From: Octopus vulgaris
Lineage: Eukaryota
Assembly (NCBI GenBank): GCA_951406725.2
Contig: OX597826.1
Span: 8,122,001-8,186,000, forward strand
Direction of reading: 5' to 3'
DNA length: 64,000 nt
A program made the translations under genes and the position numbers. The notes beneath the pieces are model-generated. The model made no database searches. It was not told the origin of the DNA and worked only from the letters and a program-made list of their open reading frames with translations. Positions 40,703 to 55,449 of this stretch are shown here, one piece after another; the first letter of the stretch is position 1; each line of letters opens with the position of its first letter.

Positions 40703-40822
40703 GATGGCGATGATGATGATGATGATGGTGATGGTGGTGGTGGTGATGATCATGATGATCATGATGATGATCATGATGGCGATGATGATGATGATGATGA
40801 TGCTTGTGCAAGTGATTATAAT
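39575..40822. repeat. Long trinucleotide array (GGT)n grading into (GAT)n/(AAT)n
   Basis: Direct reading; source of the poly-His/Met/Ile/Val ORFs. Confidence 0.95.
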
Positions 40823-40955
40823 GGGTGAAGTTGAGGAATTGTGGCTCTCAATGTTTCTCACATCTCAATTCAGAGATTCACTTTGGTTTTTTCAAAAAAA
40901 TACATTAACTGGATAATTTAATTTCCCGAAACAATGACATTATCTAGTACTTGGT

Positions 40956-41037
<82 letters not shown>

Positions 41038-41336
41038 TGCACACACACACACGCACACATGCACACACACACATGCACAAACAGGCGCACAAGCATATAC
41101 ACCTGCCTATACATATACACATACGTACGCACGTTCGCCAACAATTCGCCTACGTTCACACACACACAGACACCTACTCACACAACGCACACTCAAACAC
41201 ATGCACATACACACATGCATACACACCTTCACCCACTGACAACTACAAGCACACAACACATGCATATACACACACACACGCCAATAAACAGGCATATACT
41301 TACACCTATGGTCACATATGCACGCATGTACTCAAC

Positions 41337-41369
<33 letters not shown>

Positions 41370-41374
41370 CTATA

Positions 41375-41456
<82 letters not shown>

Positions 41457-41631
41457 CACACACATATAACATACATTCAGACACACACAGACACACATTT
41501 AATATATTCTCATGAATAACTACAGAGGTAGATTCAAACACAATATCACACAGTGAAACAGAGGGATCCATCAGCTCCGACATGCAGAGCACACAAACGT
41601 GCCCGCATATGTACATAAATATACGTGTTTA

Positions 41632-41694
<63 letters not shown>

Positions 41695-41931
41695 ATAAAT
41701 ATATATGTGTGTGTGTGTATATATATATTTATATATATACTAAGACACCCGTGTGTACTAGGTTATATGTTTAGACAAAGATACGCCATTACACATCTAA
41801 CTGTACAGATAAATACTTTTAAGTTTACATGTATTTTATGCGCGTGTTTAAACGTGTGTACATCACTATAATCATTCGTTCATACATACATACCTGCATA
41901 CGTGCATGCGTGCATGTATGCATACATACCA

Positions 41932-42011
<80 letters not shown>

Positions 42012-43184
42012 TACACACATTCATATATAAAAGGATAGATATCTATATCTCTAAATGTGTGTACGTGTATATGTGTGTGAGTGTGTGCATATTTACGGAC
42101 ATATATGCATATCTATGTACATGTGTGTGAGTGTATCTGTGTGTAAATCACTGTATGTGTTGTGTGTGTAAGTTTGTAAATGTGTGTGTATATAGGTCTG
42201 TATGTAGTGTTTGTTTGAGTGTGCGTATTTATGTGTCTGTGTGTGTGTGTGTATGTGTTTAAAGTTTCGATGCAAGCTGTAAGAATCTTTCTAATGCTTA
42301 ATATTCTTGTATTTCCTAACAGTCTACCCAAGAAGACAAGGTTATATATTGAATAGAAAGAGTGAAAAACTTCAGAGTAAACCAAGAGGTCGATTATAAA
42401 GACTCTTGTAATAGGTTGCAAGTCCAATATGCCAGCACGTATTTCGCTCAGGTCAATGGCATGTCGTGTCTAATAACGTAGGCAAACGATTACGAGCAAG
42501 AAATGTCCTTGGAACAAATTAAATAGAGGGTTTGAATTCGAACAACACCGCAAGGCAACTGACAAATGTGGGAATTAGATTTTGAGATTTTTATACAGCA
42601 GAAAGGTGATAAATTGTTCACCAATCAAAGTCTGCCATGTTAATTGGTGTAGACGTAGCCATTTTCGAGAGCTAGAGATTTGTGGCTTTGTTTTCAAAGT
42701 AGCTTAAGAGCTCCGGTAATGTAGAGTTTTTCAAACTAAAGAGACGAGTGAGAGAGAGAGAAAGAGAGAGAGGGAAACAGAGACACAGACAGAAAGAAAA
42801 AGAGAGATAGAGAGAGAGAGTGAGTGAGATGGGAAGCGAAGGAGAGAAGTTAAAGCAAAAGGAGCGAAAACAAGATGGTGACAGAGAATGTTAGTGAGAA
42901 GAACGGATAAAGTATAGAACTATTAGAATGGACTTGTTGAAGAACGTCGATGGACTAAAGTGGACAGTGGACATGTTATAAAAGAAGGTATACTTCTTTC
43001 ACTCATGTATGACAACAGCATAGAAAATTTAGAAATTCCGCTGTCTGATCCAAAACATTTTGTCAGACAATCTCCTAATTTCCTATTCTATCTCGTCTTT
43101 TGCTTTTACTGTGCATCCGTATCTATTTCACCGTTTAACATTTCCTTCCGTAGATTACTTAATCTACTGGTCTTCCTTATTTCT

Positions 43185-43571
43185 TATTTCTTTTTTGCCC
43201 ACAAGGGGCTAAACATAGAGGAGACAAACAAGGACAGACAAAAGGATTAAGTCGATTACATCGACCTCAGTGCGTAACTGGTACTTAATTTATCGACCCC
43301 GAAAGGATGAAAGGCAAAGTCGACCTCGGCGGAATTTGAACTCAGAACGTAGCAGCAGACGAAATACCTATTTCTTTACTACTCACAAGGGGCTAAACAC
43401 AAGGAACAAACAAGGACAGGCAAACGGATTAAGTCGATTACATCGACCCCAGTGCGTAACTGGTATTTATTTTATTGACCCCGAAAAGATGAAAAGCAAA
43501 GTCGACCTCGGCGGAATTTGAACTCAGAAAGTAGCAGCAGACGAAATACCTATTTCTTTACTACCCACAAG
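43185..43571 (-). mobile_element. SINE family A multimer (two headless units plus a third tail)
   Basis: Junction GACGAAATACC|TATTTCTTTAC at ~43348 and ~43550. Confidence 0.88.
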
Positions 43572-43648
43572 TTTTTTCTAACGGTGTCATATGAAATTGT
43601 CCCCCATAATTATGACCCTAGTATCGATCTATTGCATTTCAATCTGTT

Positions 43649-43678
43649 TTAGGGTTAGGGCTAAGGTTAGGGTTAGGG
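43649..43678 (+). repeat. Interstitial telomere-like repeats (TTAGGG)x4 plus CTAAGG
   Basis: TTAGGG TTAGGG CTAAGG TTAGGG TTAGGG read directly. Confidence 0.8.
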
Positions 43679-44381
43679 GTGGTGGAAGGGTATCTTTTTT
43701 TCTTCACAAATGTAAATATACCCAATCTGTTTCTTAAACGAGGGACATATTCATACGGTACAGAATGTTTTTTTACCTCAATGGACGTCATTGATTGGTT
43801 GAAATTGCAGAAACTGAAGAAAAAAACAACAAATATCTTACAAACCATAGAATTTTCTCAATAAAGCCAAGAGAAAAAGATATTTTATAAACACATTCTA
43901 CCAGTATATGAAGTTTAAAATTTTTTAGTTACCTAGAAATTATGTTAAAAAACTGCCGTTCAAACCGAAAAGATCCAGGTCTTCTTAATATGCATATCGG
44001 CGTTAGCTTACGACTAAGAGGAAAACAGGAGATTAACATATTAAAACATTCACAGCAATGCCGAATGCTTTGTGTTTGTTTCGAATAACACCTCGTTTTA
44101 TAAAGTTAAACGCAGGAGATAATCACCATGTTTGCGGGTTTTGATATTATTCCAACTTTCAACACATTTAAATGCCTTATCGGAGCTAACTCGTTAGGGC
44201 GAATAAACAGCTTGTAACCATATAGAAAAGGTACTTAACTGACATATGGATGTTCTAATTTGCATATATCTGCTAGTAATTTGCAAAGTTTGCGAATACG
44301 GCATCACAATATGAACAATTTAAGACGCATTAAACTTATGTATTTGGAGATAATATAATAAAATTATATATACAGATGTAC

Positions 44382-44434
<53 letters not shown>

Positions 44435-44439
44435 TGTAC

Positions 44440-44486
<47 letters not shown>

Positions 44487-45127
44487 TGTACGGGTGTGTA
44501 TATATATATATGGGAGTAGCGTTGCTGGTGAGGATGAAGGATGTTGTGATGAATAGTGGTGGTGGTGGTGGTAGTGGTGGTGGTGGTGGTGGTGGTGGTG
44601 GTGGTGGTGGTGGTGGTGGTGGCGGCGGCGGCGATGGTGGTGGGGAGGAGGACGACGAGGATGAAGGATCGTGGTGGTGGTGGTGGTGGGTGTGGGGGTG
44701 GAGGTGTTGGCGGCAGCGGTGGTGATGGCGATGGTGCAATTCCCTCAATTGCGGTGAAGGTTCACTAATTTCATCAACGAAATTATTCGCTCCTGAATTA
44801 ACAAAAACGTGGTTGAGTATTCCTTAGACATGTACAACTTTAAAAATAATTTTGCTTTTGTGTTTTATTCGCAACATTATTGATGCGAAAATGCATGTTG
44901 AAACAAATTGTGTTGCATATTGTCTATCTCAATAATAAACACACACACTGGTTTCATTTCACTTCTATATTTTAGTGGGCGTGGGTCTGTGGTAAGAAGT
45001 TTGCTTCCCAAGTTCCGGTTCGTTCCCTGTCCGTGGTACCTCAGGCAAGTGTTTTCTTCTATAGCCTTGGTCCGACCAAATCCTTCTGAGTGGATTTAGT
45101 AGAAGGAACCCGAAAAAAATGTCGTGT

Positions 45128-45177
<50 letters not shown>

Positions 45178-45235
45178 CTATATTATATGTATGTATGTGT
45201 GAATGCATGTATATGTGTGTATACAACGTGTTTTT

Positions 45236-45531
45236 TAGTGGTTAGGCGTATTCGGCTCACAATCGTAAGGTCGTGAGTTCAATTCCCGGCGGCGCGTCGC
45301 GTCCTTGAGCAAGACACTTTATTTAACGTTGCTCCATTCCCACCAGCAGGCAAAAAGTAGTTGTACCTGTAATTCGAAACGGCCTACTTTGTCACATTCT
45401 GTATGAAAGCCACGTTAAGATTTCAAGTCGTTGCGGTGCGCTCAGTCACTTGCACGTTAATTTTACGAGCAGTCTGTTCCGTTGAATCGGATCAGCTGTA
45501 ACACTCGTCGTCGTTACCGACGGAGTACCAC
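45236..45531 (+). mobile_element. SINE family C copy
   Basis: tRNA-like head (GTGGTTAGG...GAGTTCAATTCC), CCTTGAGCAAGACACTT, tail CTCGTCGTCGTTACCGACGGAGTACCA; related copies at 47117-47412 (+) and 56945-57160 (-). Confidence 0.8.
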
Positions 45532-45544
45532 TCATTTATGTATA

Positions 45545-46104
45545 CTCTTTACTCTTTTACTCTTTTATTTGTTTCAGTCATTTAAGTGGAGCACCGCCTT
45601 TAGTCGAGCAAATCGACTTATTCTTTGTAAGCTTACAATTTATTCTATCGGACTCTTTTGCCGAACCGCTATGTTACGGGGACGTAAACACACCAGCATC
45701 GGTTGTCAAGCGATGTTGGGGGGACAAACACTGACACAAACATAACATATACACACACATACATATATATATAAAGGGAAAGTTTACGAAAATAAACAAA
45801 AGACGAAGGCAGGTGGAGTACAAGCAAATAAATGTATTAGTATAGTACTCAGTAATAGAAAAAGTCTTTTACGTTTCGAGCCTACGCTCTTCGACAGAAA
45901 GATACACAGAAAAAAACAAGGAGAGGAAAAAATGCGTGTAGGAGCTATGTACATATATACGACAGGCTTCTTTCAGTTTCCGTCTACCAAATCCACTCAC
46001 AAAGCTTTGGTCAGCCCGAGGCTACAGTAGAAGACACTTACCCAAGGTGTCACGCAGTGGGACTGAACCCCGAACCATGTGGTTGGTAACCAAGCTACTT
46101 ACCA
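45545..46104 (-). mobile_element. SINE family B copy hosting a hammerhead-like element in its internal microsatellite
   Basis: Tail half 45545-45745, head half 45958-46104, insert 45775-45947. Confidence 0.85.
45775..45947 (-). mobile_element. Short hammerhead-like element (family shared with 52330-52528 and 55881-56067)
   Basis: 45865-45902 minus strand: UCUUU-CUGUCGA-A-GAGC(GUAG)GCUC-GAA-ACGU-A-AAAGA. Confidence 0.7.
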
Positions 46105-46707
46105 CACAGCCACTCCTACGCCTATAAGAAAAATGTCAGAAAATGGGAAAATACTTGCTATTATAACTTTCTGACGCTTTCAGTCTCTTCCTAACATTTC
46201 TAAAGTCGTTGACCACTGTATATAGGGATTTCGATATATATCTGTGCGTGAGTGAGTGAATGTGAGTGTGCGCGTGTGTGTGTGTATGAGTGTGTAAAGT
46301 ATTGTCAGGTGTTTGTTAACAAATGTCAGAAATTAAAATATTCTTAATTTTGTTTACATGAGTCTGGAGGCTGAACAAAGAGTGAGTTTTGGGAGTGGCC
46401 AGATATGAGGTCTCTTCACCCGACTGATGTTTTGTAATTACGTGTATGTGTTTGTGTATATAGTCATGCATAACAGTGTGCGCGTGTATGTATGTGTGTG
46501 TGTGTGTTTGTGGTGAATGCTTAAAGAAAGGTCAAATGGGTTTCTTGGAAGATTGTTTTTTTAAGCAGTTTAGGTGTCAACTCTGTTAAACAAGATCCAG
46601 CTGTTTACTGACTTCATTGAAGAAACAGTTGTTTGTCGAAGAATGAAACAACGGACAAATAATTTCTGGGAAGGGTGTTTTGATGATAAATTTGTCCAGA
46701 AATGTCT

Positions 46708-47088
46708 AGGTGCAGGAGTGGCTGTGTGGTAAGTAAGTTGCTTACCAACCGCATGGTTCCGTGTACATTCCCACTGCGTGACACCTTGGGCAAGTGTCTT
46801 CTACTCTAGCCTCGGGCCGACCAAAACCTTGTGAGTGGATTTGGTAGACGGAAACTGAAAGAAGCCTATCGTATATATGCATGTATATATGTATGTATGT
46901 GTATATTTTTGTGTGTCTGTGTTTACGCCCCCGTAACTTAGCGGTTCGGCAAAAGAAACAGGTAGAGTAAGTACTGGGCTTACAAAGAATAAGTCCCGGG
47001 GTCGAATTACTCGACTAAAGGCGGTGCTCTAGCATGGCCGCAGTCAAATGACAGAAACAAGTGAAAGAGAGTAAAAAGCGAGTAAAGA
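46708..47088 (+). mobile_element. SINE family B copy
   Basis: Head through AAGAG-rich tail similar to 57378-57775. Confidence 0.88.
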
Positions 47089-47116
47089 GAGCTATTTATT
47101 GGTGAAGGGTTATTGA

Positions 47117-47412
47117 TGTGGCTTAGTGGCTTGGGGTATTTGGCTCATGATTGTAACGTCCTGAGTTCGATACCCGAAGGCGCGTTGTGTCTTAGAGCGA
47201 GACATTTAATTTCACGCCGCTCTTATTCAAATAGCTGACAAAAACCAGTTGTACCTGTAGCTCAGTGGACAACCCTGGTGGCATTCGCTGAAAACTATGG
47301 TAGGACTACTCCTATTTGTGGAGTATTCAAGCACTTGCACGAGAAGGGTGTTCCAGTCGATCGGACTGACTCGAACACTCGTCGTCGTCGTCGTCGTAAC
47401 CGACGGAGTACC
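47117..47412 (+). mobile_element. SINE family C copy (diverged)
   Basis: Similar to 45236-45531 including tail GTCGTAACCGACGGAGTACCA. Confidence 0.75.
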
Positions 47413-47621
47413 AATTGTTTATTAATTCCAATAAATTGCTTCCTTTTTGGGTAAATGAAGTCTTGAAAATTTGACTGCTTTGCTCAAGATATTGCGAGCG
47501 GGAATTTGTAGAGTTCTATATACATTTGTGTGTGTGTGTGTGTGTGTGTAAGGTGACTGTTAAAACTTATTCTAACCAACAGTTTGTTTAGTGACATCGA
47601 TAATAATATCAATATCTTTCA

Positions 47622-47970
47622 GTGAAGGTGTATGGTTTAGTGGTTAGAGCGTCAGGTTTACAACTATGAGGTAGTGACTTCAATTCTAGGACCAGACTGT
47701 GTGTTGTGTTCTTGAGCAAGACACTTTATTTCACTTTGTTCCAGGTCACTCGCCTATAGGTATGAGTTGTGACGCCACTGGTGCCAAGTTGTATCAACCT
47801 TTACCTTTCTGTGGATACATGGGTGGTGTGGTGAGAGGAGGCAGATATGCACGGACGACTGCTGGTTTTTTTCGTAAGCAACCTTGCCCAGAACTGTGCC
47901 TCGGAGGGTAACTTTCTAGGTGCAGACCCATGGTCATTCATGACCGGAAGGGGTCAGACTCCTTACCCTT
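47622..47970 (+). mobile_element. tRNA-derived SINE, C-like head and centre with a different 3' part
   Basis: TGGTTTAGTGGTTAGAGCG head, CTTGAGCAAGACACTTTATTTCAC, then unrelated tail. Confidence 0.6.
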
Positions 47971-48682
47971 TAATATGTAGGAATGGATTACTGCAAATCA
48001 CCTCACCACTACCAAGTCTCTCCCAAATAGCAGCGTAGTCTAGTCTAAACGAGTAAAAGTGATACATAGAAGGGAAAAGATCGATTCTCCCTGTATTTGA
48101 CTGGATTTTAAAAAAATTTATTTAACAAGCCTGAGAATATAAAGGGCAACTTGACTTCAGTGGAATTTTACTGCAACAGGCAAAAATGAAGATCAATTGC
48201 TGTGTGGAGCTGTAACAAGTCTATGAATCGTTTGTCCTAAATTTATATATTAATATAGCACTATTACAAACATTAATCGACATTCAATTAAAAACTTTAA
48301 ATCAGTAAATGGAATTTGTTTTGGAAAATGTTCCGGAGGCTGGTAAGGAACTACAGAAATGTAAAGGCAGGATCAAAGTTAAAAAAACAAAATTCAGGGA
48401 TAATTTAACGTGAACATTTTTAACGCAATAAATTACTAAGTCAATACAAGAACAACAATGAGAAGAATATTTTGATTTTCTGATATTGCCGCAAGATCTG
48501 CTAGATTCACAGTTTTAAAAATTTATTCAGAGTTATGTACAAACACACGGAGAATTACGTCGATCGCAAATGTAGTGAAACTGCTAGTCGTAGTAGTTGG
48601 CAGACGTCGTTGGATTAGATTAATACTTTCTGATATGGAGTGTTGCTTATATTTAGTCCGGTCGTTACTATTAATGCGTTTA

Positions 48683-48716
<34 letters not shown>

Positions 48717-48799
48717 CTGATTTTTCTAGCATTTAAAGGGTAATTTCCTGTTAAAGGGTAATTTCCTTTTGTGTTTAACTGTACACTATTTTAAAATAC

Positions 48800-48856
<57 letters not shown>

Positions 48857-49564
48857 AATATATATGTGTATATAAATATACATATATACACGTATATACA
48901 TATGTATATAAATATACATATACATACATATATATATATATGTATGCATGTATGCATAAATAGATTTATGTATGCTTGTACTTATAGATGTATATATAAG
49001 TATATACATATATATCTGTGTGTAAAAGTATATATGTATATATATGTATATATATGTGTATATATATATACTTGTGTGTGTATGTGTCTGTGTGAGCGTG
49101 CGTTCGTGCGTGTGTGTGTGTGTGTGTCTGTGTATGTGTACGTGTCTGTGTGTGTGCAGAATAGAACTTTATGGAACAGTACATTAAGCAGTATGCGACT
49201 GCAGATTATACGTAAATATGAGCTTTTATATTTGTACGAGTATCTATATGCGCATATTAGATTAAAGGCATTATAAGCCTATAGACACACTTGTGGTATG
49301 CTATACAAACATTCTCCTACGTAAAGGAACACACATATATACACAAACATATATGCATATATACGTGCACACACACACATACATACAGAATAATATTATA
49401 TTCAATCAGTTAACGCCCGACTTTATGCGGTATACAGTGCGGTTGTAGCGCTTAAACTGTTGTCACAATATATATTACAAACTTCAATTATATATACACA
49501 TACATATATATGTAGGTATCTAATACATATATATATATATATATACACACATACATATAAATAC

Positions 49565-49629
<65 letters not shown>

Positions 49630-49809
49630 TACGTGTATATATTTCATACATATATATATACATGTATATATACCCATATATTGGTATATATACCCATATA
49701 TATATATATATATACATACATATATACATACATATAAATGCATCTATATACATATATACATACATATATACATATATACATATACATATATACATACATA
49801 TTTATATAC

Positions 49810-49873
<64 letters not shown>

Positions 49874-51061
49874 TCATATATACGTACATATATATATATA
49901 TACACATCACTCTATGTGTATGTGCTGATCAATGCTAAAATATAATTAACTATTGAACCTTTTAGTAAAATGTACATCGTTGCTTTATTCTTCGTTCTCC
50001 ATGCCGCCTACTTGTTGTTCTTGCTCTTGTTGTTCTTGCTGCAGTTGTTGCTATTGTATTCTTATTCACATTGAAACAGCTAATGTTGTTGTTGTTAAAA
50101 TAACTGTTGTTGTTGTTGTCGTTATTGTATTGGAAAGTTATTTATTTCGCGTTTACTTTCTGTTGTCTCCTTTTGTTAGTCATCACGCTATTTATTTTTA
50201 AATATATATTCTTATTTACTGGTTGTTTTTTTCGCCCATTTTTTGCTGTTTATTATTTACGTTTTATTTTATTGATTATAACTGACCTTTTTCTTCCTAT
50301 GTTAAAGGAATAAATATTTTCTCTCAGTCAAAGTGGTGGCTGTGGTTTTATTTTATTTTTCATTTTATTTTATTTTTTTGTGTGCATTTATAATGTTTTA
50401 AAAAGTTTGTGTTTTTGCTATTCTCCAGGTTTTTGTTATCATTGTTCTCGTTATTGTTGTAGCTTTTATTCTCTCTCTTGATAATGCTGGCAACAACAGT
50501 GACTTTTGTTGTAGCTATGTGAGTGGGGGAAATGCCGAGGTAATAGTAATGGTGGTTCCAGTCAGTTGTTGCTGGGGTCGTAATGAGTGTTGAAATTGCA
50601 TAAGTGAGGCTTTTAATACTATCGTGCAACTAGAATTAGTATTGTAATCGTTTGGCAGTGAAAAAAATTAGTAAATGTTATGAGTCTGAAGAATATTGTA
50701 AATATAATTCCTAAGAGATGCTGTTGCGTTTCTTAAATCCAACTGGGATTGACTCGGTAGATGTAGTTTCTTTCGATTGTGGAAAACTATATTGTGGAGG
50801 AGGATTTGCTCAGCAAATGATTGGGTTGAAAACAATTACAGCGCAGAAGACATTAGCAATTCAATACACACAAAAGATGTTAAGTTCATTGAAAAGGTTC
50901 CACTGCAATGGCCACCGGGCCAAAGGATTTTACTAGATGTGTTTATATACATATGTGTGTGTGTGTGTGTTTGCGCGCGTGTGTATATATGTATATATAT
51001 ATATTTGTGCATATATGTATATATATATTTATGCATGTGTATATCTATCTATCTATCTATT

Positions 51062-51478
51062 GTTTTACTAGTTTACTCTTGTTTCAGTCATTTGACTGTA
51101 GCCATGCTAGAGCACCGCCTTTAGTCGAGCGTATCGACCCCAGGACTTATTCTTTGTAAACCTAGTACTTATTCTATCAGTCTCTTTTCGCCGAACTGCT
51201 AAGTTACAGGGACGTAAACACACCACCATCGGTTGTCAAGCGATATTGGGGAGACAAACACAGACACACAAACATACTCGCACACACGCACATATATATA
51301 TATATATACATATATACGACGGGCTTCTTTCAGTTTCCGTCTACCACATTCACTCACAAGGCTTTGGTCAGCCTGAGGCCATACTAGAAGATGTTTGCCC
51401 AAGGTGCCACGCAATGGAACTGAACCCGAAACCATTTGGTTGGTAAGCAAGTTACTTACCACACAGCCACTCCTGCGC
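51062..51478 (-). mobile_element. SINE family B copy
   Basis: Reverse complement of 57378-57775. Confidence 0.88.
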
Positions 51479-51507
51479 TTATCTATCTATCTATCTATCT
51501 ATCAATA

Positions 51508-51622
<115 letters not shown>

Positions 51623-52066
51623 CTCTACACACACACACATACATATATATATTCATACATACACACATATATACACGTATATATCCATATATATGTGTGC
51701 GCGTAAGTGTATGTGTGTGTCGTTTAAATATGTATATACATATGGAATGATAGAGAGAGAGGGAGGGAGAAAGAGACAAACAGGGGTTGACAGATAGACA
51801 GACAGGGACAGAGAGACAAACAGACAGATAAACAGATAGATATGTATGTATGCGTGTTTATGTGTATGTATGCAAAACGTGTACACATACGCATGTGTGT
51901 TTTTAATGAATCAGGATAATTGATACATTAAACATGCATTGATTGACAAACGCAAATACTGTCTGAGAGAGGAAATAATTTGGAATATTAATAGTGTTTC
52001 AATTCGAAGTTTTGCCTGTAGCAGTGTCTTCTTAAAGTATCTATATTTTAATGTCCTTATGGGAAA

Positions 52067-52278
52067 AGGCGGCGAGCTGGTAGAAACGCTAGCGCGCCGG
52101 ACGAAATGCTTTCCACTATTTCGTCTGTCTTTACGTTCTGAGTTCAAATTCCGCCGAGGTCAACTGTGCCTTTAATCTTTTCGGGGTCGATAAATTAAGT
52201 ACCACTTCCGTACTGGGCTCGATCTAATCGACTGGCCCCCTCTCCCAAAATTTCGGGCCTTGTGCCTAGAGTAGAAAA
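52067..52278 (+). mobile_element. SINE family A monomer with alternative tail
   Basis: Head and centre as family A; tail CCCAAAATTTCGGGCCTTGTGCCTAGAGTAGAAA; TSD-like ATGTCCTTATGG / ATATCCTTATGG. Confidence 0.85.
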
Positions 52279-52329
52279 TAATATCCTTATGGAAACGTAC
52301 ATGCAGATGTATATATATATATATATCTT

Positions 52330-52528
52330 CGTCATGATAGATCGCTAGCCACTATACATTCTTTATTTTCTCTCTTTATATTCTTTCCTTGTTTTTGTGT
52401 CCCTTTCTGTACAAAGAGCGTAGGCTCGAAACATTAAAGACTTTTTTCAATTCCCGAGCGTTATACTAATACATCTGTTTGTTTTGTACACCACCTGTCT
52501 TCGTCTTTTGTTTTTGGGGGAATTCTCC
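52330..52528 (+). mobile_element. Short hammerhead-like element (decayed copy)
   Basis: Similar to 55881-56067; 52403-52439 CUUU-CUGUACAAA-GAGC(GUAG)GCUC-GAA-ACAU-U-AAAG; TA-rich flanks. Confidence 0.7.
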
Positions 52529-52583
52529 CTATACATACATATATGTATAAAAACAAAATACATGTGCATTAGGCACATGTATA

Positions 52584-52666
<83 letters not shown>

Positions 52667-53531
52667 AAGCATATGGATATGAAAATAAACAGATCAACAT
52701 AGAGACGGATAGGTAGATAGGTTATAAGAACAGACAAGCGCACATACGCAAATGGAGACTGAAGCACGTGACCATATATACACACACACTTTACTCCACA
52801 CAAGGACGCATATGAAGACACGGGTCCAAACATATAGAGATGCGCGTCCATGCATCATTGTTGCAAAACACACACATACACACACACAGACATGCACACG
52901 CAAGGAGACAGAGGTGCATACATATACAAACACACGCTCACATACACACATACATAGAAAATACACAAAGACATGCAAGCACATGAATATGCAGAATACA
53001 TACATACAGATGCACATACATGCATACATATGCATACACACACATATATACATACACACACATGCATACATACATACATACACACATACATACATACACA
53101 CATACATACGTACATGCTTGCATGCATAGGTACACACACACACACACACCTATACACATGCGCACAAACAAACAAAAAGGAACGCAATGTAAATAACGCA
53201 AAGAGTCAAGACTATTGAAAAGGTTGCAAGACACACAAACAAAATTTTATGAAAATAAAGTGAAAATTTTACCGGTGAGTGTGTTACATTATAAGGCACA
53301 AAAAGAAAATGACTCTCCCCAGACACAACAGAAAATGTTTCAACACACGAACTCATATAAAGATTCTTGCAAACCAAATCCAAAACCGAAATATATATAT
53401 ATAGAGTCCTTAATTATATTTCTATATGAATAATATTTTTCTATATGAATAATATTTTGTCTAATGACTAATTCGTCTTTTGTGCTAGGCCACTGGTAAT
53501 AATAATCTATGTTATTACCCTTTTTGATTAT

Positions 53532-53658
<127 letters not shown>

Positions 53659-53717
53659 TATATAATAATAATAATAACAAAAACAACAACAGCAACAACA
53701 ACAACAGCAAAAAGACG

Positions 53718-54081
53718 TAGAAGAACACTCAGAGGGCGCAAACCTCCGCCAAAGCAAACCAACGTCTTCTCATCGATTAGCCAGAGATGATTTTTAAAAT
53801 GAAAATATCTTAAATAAATTTGACTGCTTTCACAAACGAGAGTACAAAAAATTAACCCGACTGCTGTCAAAAATTAAGTAAAAATAAGAAAAATAATTCA
53901 GAAGCATTGTCTGGTGCCGGATCGATCCCAAAATCTAAGAAGTTCGTGCCAGTCATAAGGCCAAAGAATCATTGGAAGTTTCATTTGAATCCATCCGGCG
54001 GTTCTTGAGATATCCTGTCCAAGGTCAAACAAACAAATACGACTGAAAACAATACCTCCGCCTTCGCAAAGGCGGAGATAA
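53718..54081 (-). mobile_element. HINE/DINE-1-like non-autonomous Helentron element
   Basis: Minus strand starts TTATCTCCGCC-TTTGCGAA-GGCGGAGG, has (TTTG)n, and ends TTGGCGGAGGT-TT-GCGCCCTCTGAGTGT (subterminal inverted repeat plus 3' hairpin). Confidence 0.75.
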
Positions 54082-54276
54082 TAATAATAGTAATAATAAT
54101 GATCCTTGGAGGGAATTCATAAATGTTTCAATGAATCGTTACGCGCGTTTCCACAGTTCATGTGTCCCTTAAGATCATATTACTTATTCCTGAGATGATA
54201 ATAGTACATTCTGTCGTATCCTGGACATCATGGGGATCGTGTTCATGCATTCATTTCTTCAGGCGATATAATACTT

Positions 54277-54506
54277 ATTTCTTCACTACACACAAGGGGC
54301 TAAACAGAGGAGACAAACAAAGACAGACAGACGGATTTAAGTCGATTATATCGACCCCAGTGCGTAACTGGTACTTAATTTATCGACCCCGAAAGGATGA
54401 AAGGCAAAGTCGACCTCAGCGGAATTTGAACTCAGAACGTAACGGCAGACGAAATACCACTAAGTATCTCGCCCGGCGTGCTAACGTTTCTGCCATCTTG
54501 CCGCCT
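54277..54506 (-). mobile_element. SINE family A monomer
   Basis: Full unit; flanking duplication AGGCGATATAATACT. Confidence 0.88.
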
Positions 54507-54731
54507 AAATATAATACTAAGGCGATATAATACTAATGGATGTTTATCTGAATATTGCTTATCAATTTTGATCAAAGAAAGGGTTGATTGGGATATGTGG
54601 GTACTTCTGTGTGAATTTGTTGGGCAGGAATAGAAGCTGGTGGGAAGAGAGAAAGGAATGGTAGTAAAAGGAGATGGAGGTGTGTGTGTGGTGATGTTGA
54701 ACTTATTTCGATATTTGAGTATGCAGATATA

Positions 54732-54960
54732 TATTTCTTTATTGCCCACAAGGGGCTACACACAGAGGGGACAAACAAGGACAGACAAATGGATTAAGTC
54801 GATTATATCGATCCAATGCGTAACTGGTACTTTATTTATCGACACCGAAAGGATGAAAGGCAAAGTCAACCTCGGCGGAATTTGAACTCAGAACGTAACG
54901 GCAGACGAAATACGGGTACGCATTTCGCCCGGCGTGCTAACGTTTCTGCCAGCTCGCCGC
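54732..54960 (-). mobile_element. SINE family A monomer
   Basis: Full unit; 17-bp TSD TTTGAGTATGCAGATAT at 54714-54730 and 54961-54977. Confidence 0.9.
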
Positions 54961-55449
54961 TTTGAGTATGCAGATATCAGGATGAGTAATATAGATTTTG
55001 GGTTTGACCTTATTCGCAGCATTTTAAGCCTCAATGAATTCAAAAGTAGTCGGGTCAGTAGGTACAGTTCTTCAGTTGCTGGAGTTCGTTCTCTAATAGA
55101 TACTGACTAACAGGCAGTCCGATGTTATCAAGTGAACTTAAAAGCAAGGAATCATTCATAGAATTTGAAAAAATAATTATGAAACAGGAAAACACTAACC
55201 GCCTTTAACATATAACAGAACGAGAGAACATATAAACAACTAAACAATTTCACATGCGTGTGTGTGTAGGCGCGAGCGTATTCATAGGCAGTGAGTTACA
55301 GAGATGCTTCGCAAACACATAGTTGTGCTTTCAGTCAGTGCTTGGCAACTAGAGTATTTTTGCTTTAGCGTCGATCCAATGAAAACAAGTTGTGAATGGA
55401 TTTCGTAGACGGAAACTAAAGAATGTATGGCGTATATATATATATACAT

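Noticed and set aside
50718-50940. Non-repetitive short ORFs
   Set aside because: No recognisable homology or splice signals; they run into a microsatellite.
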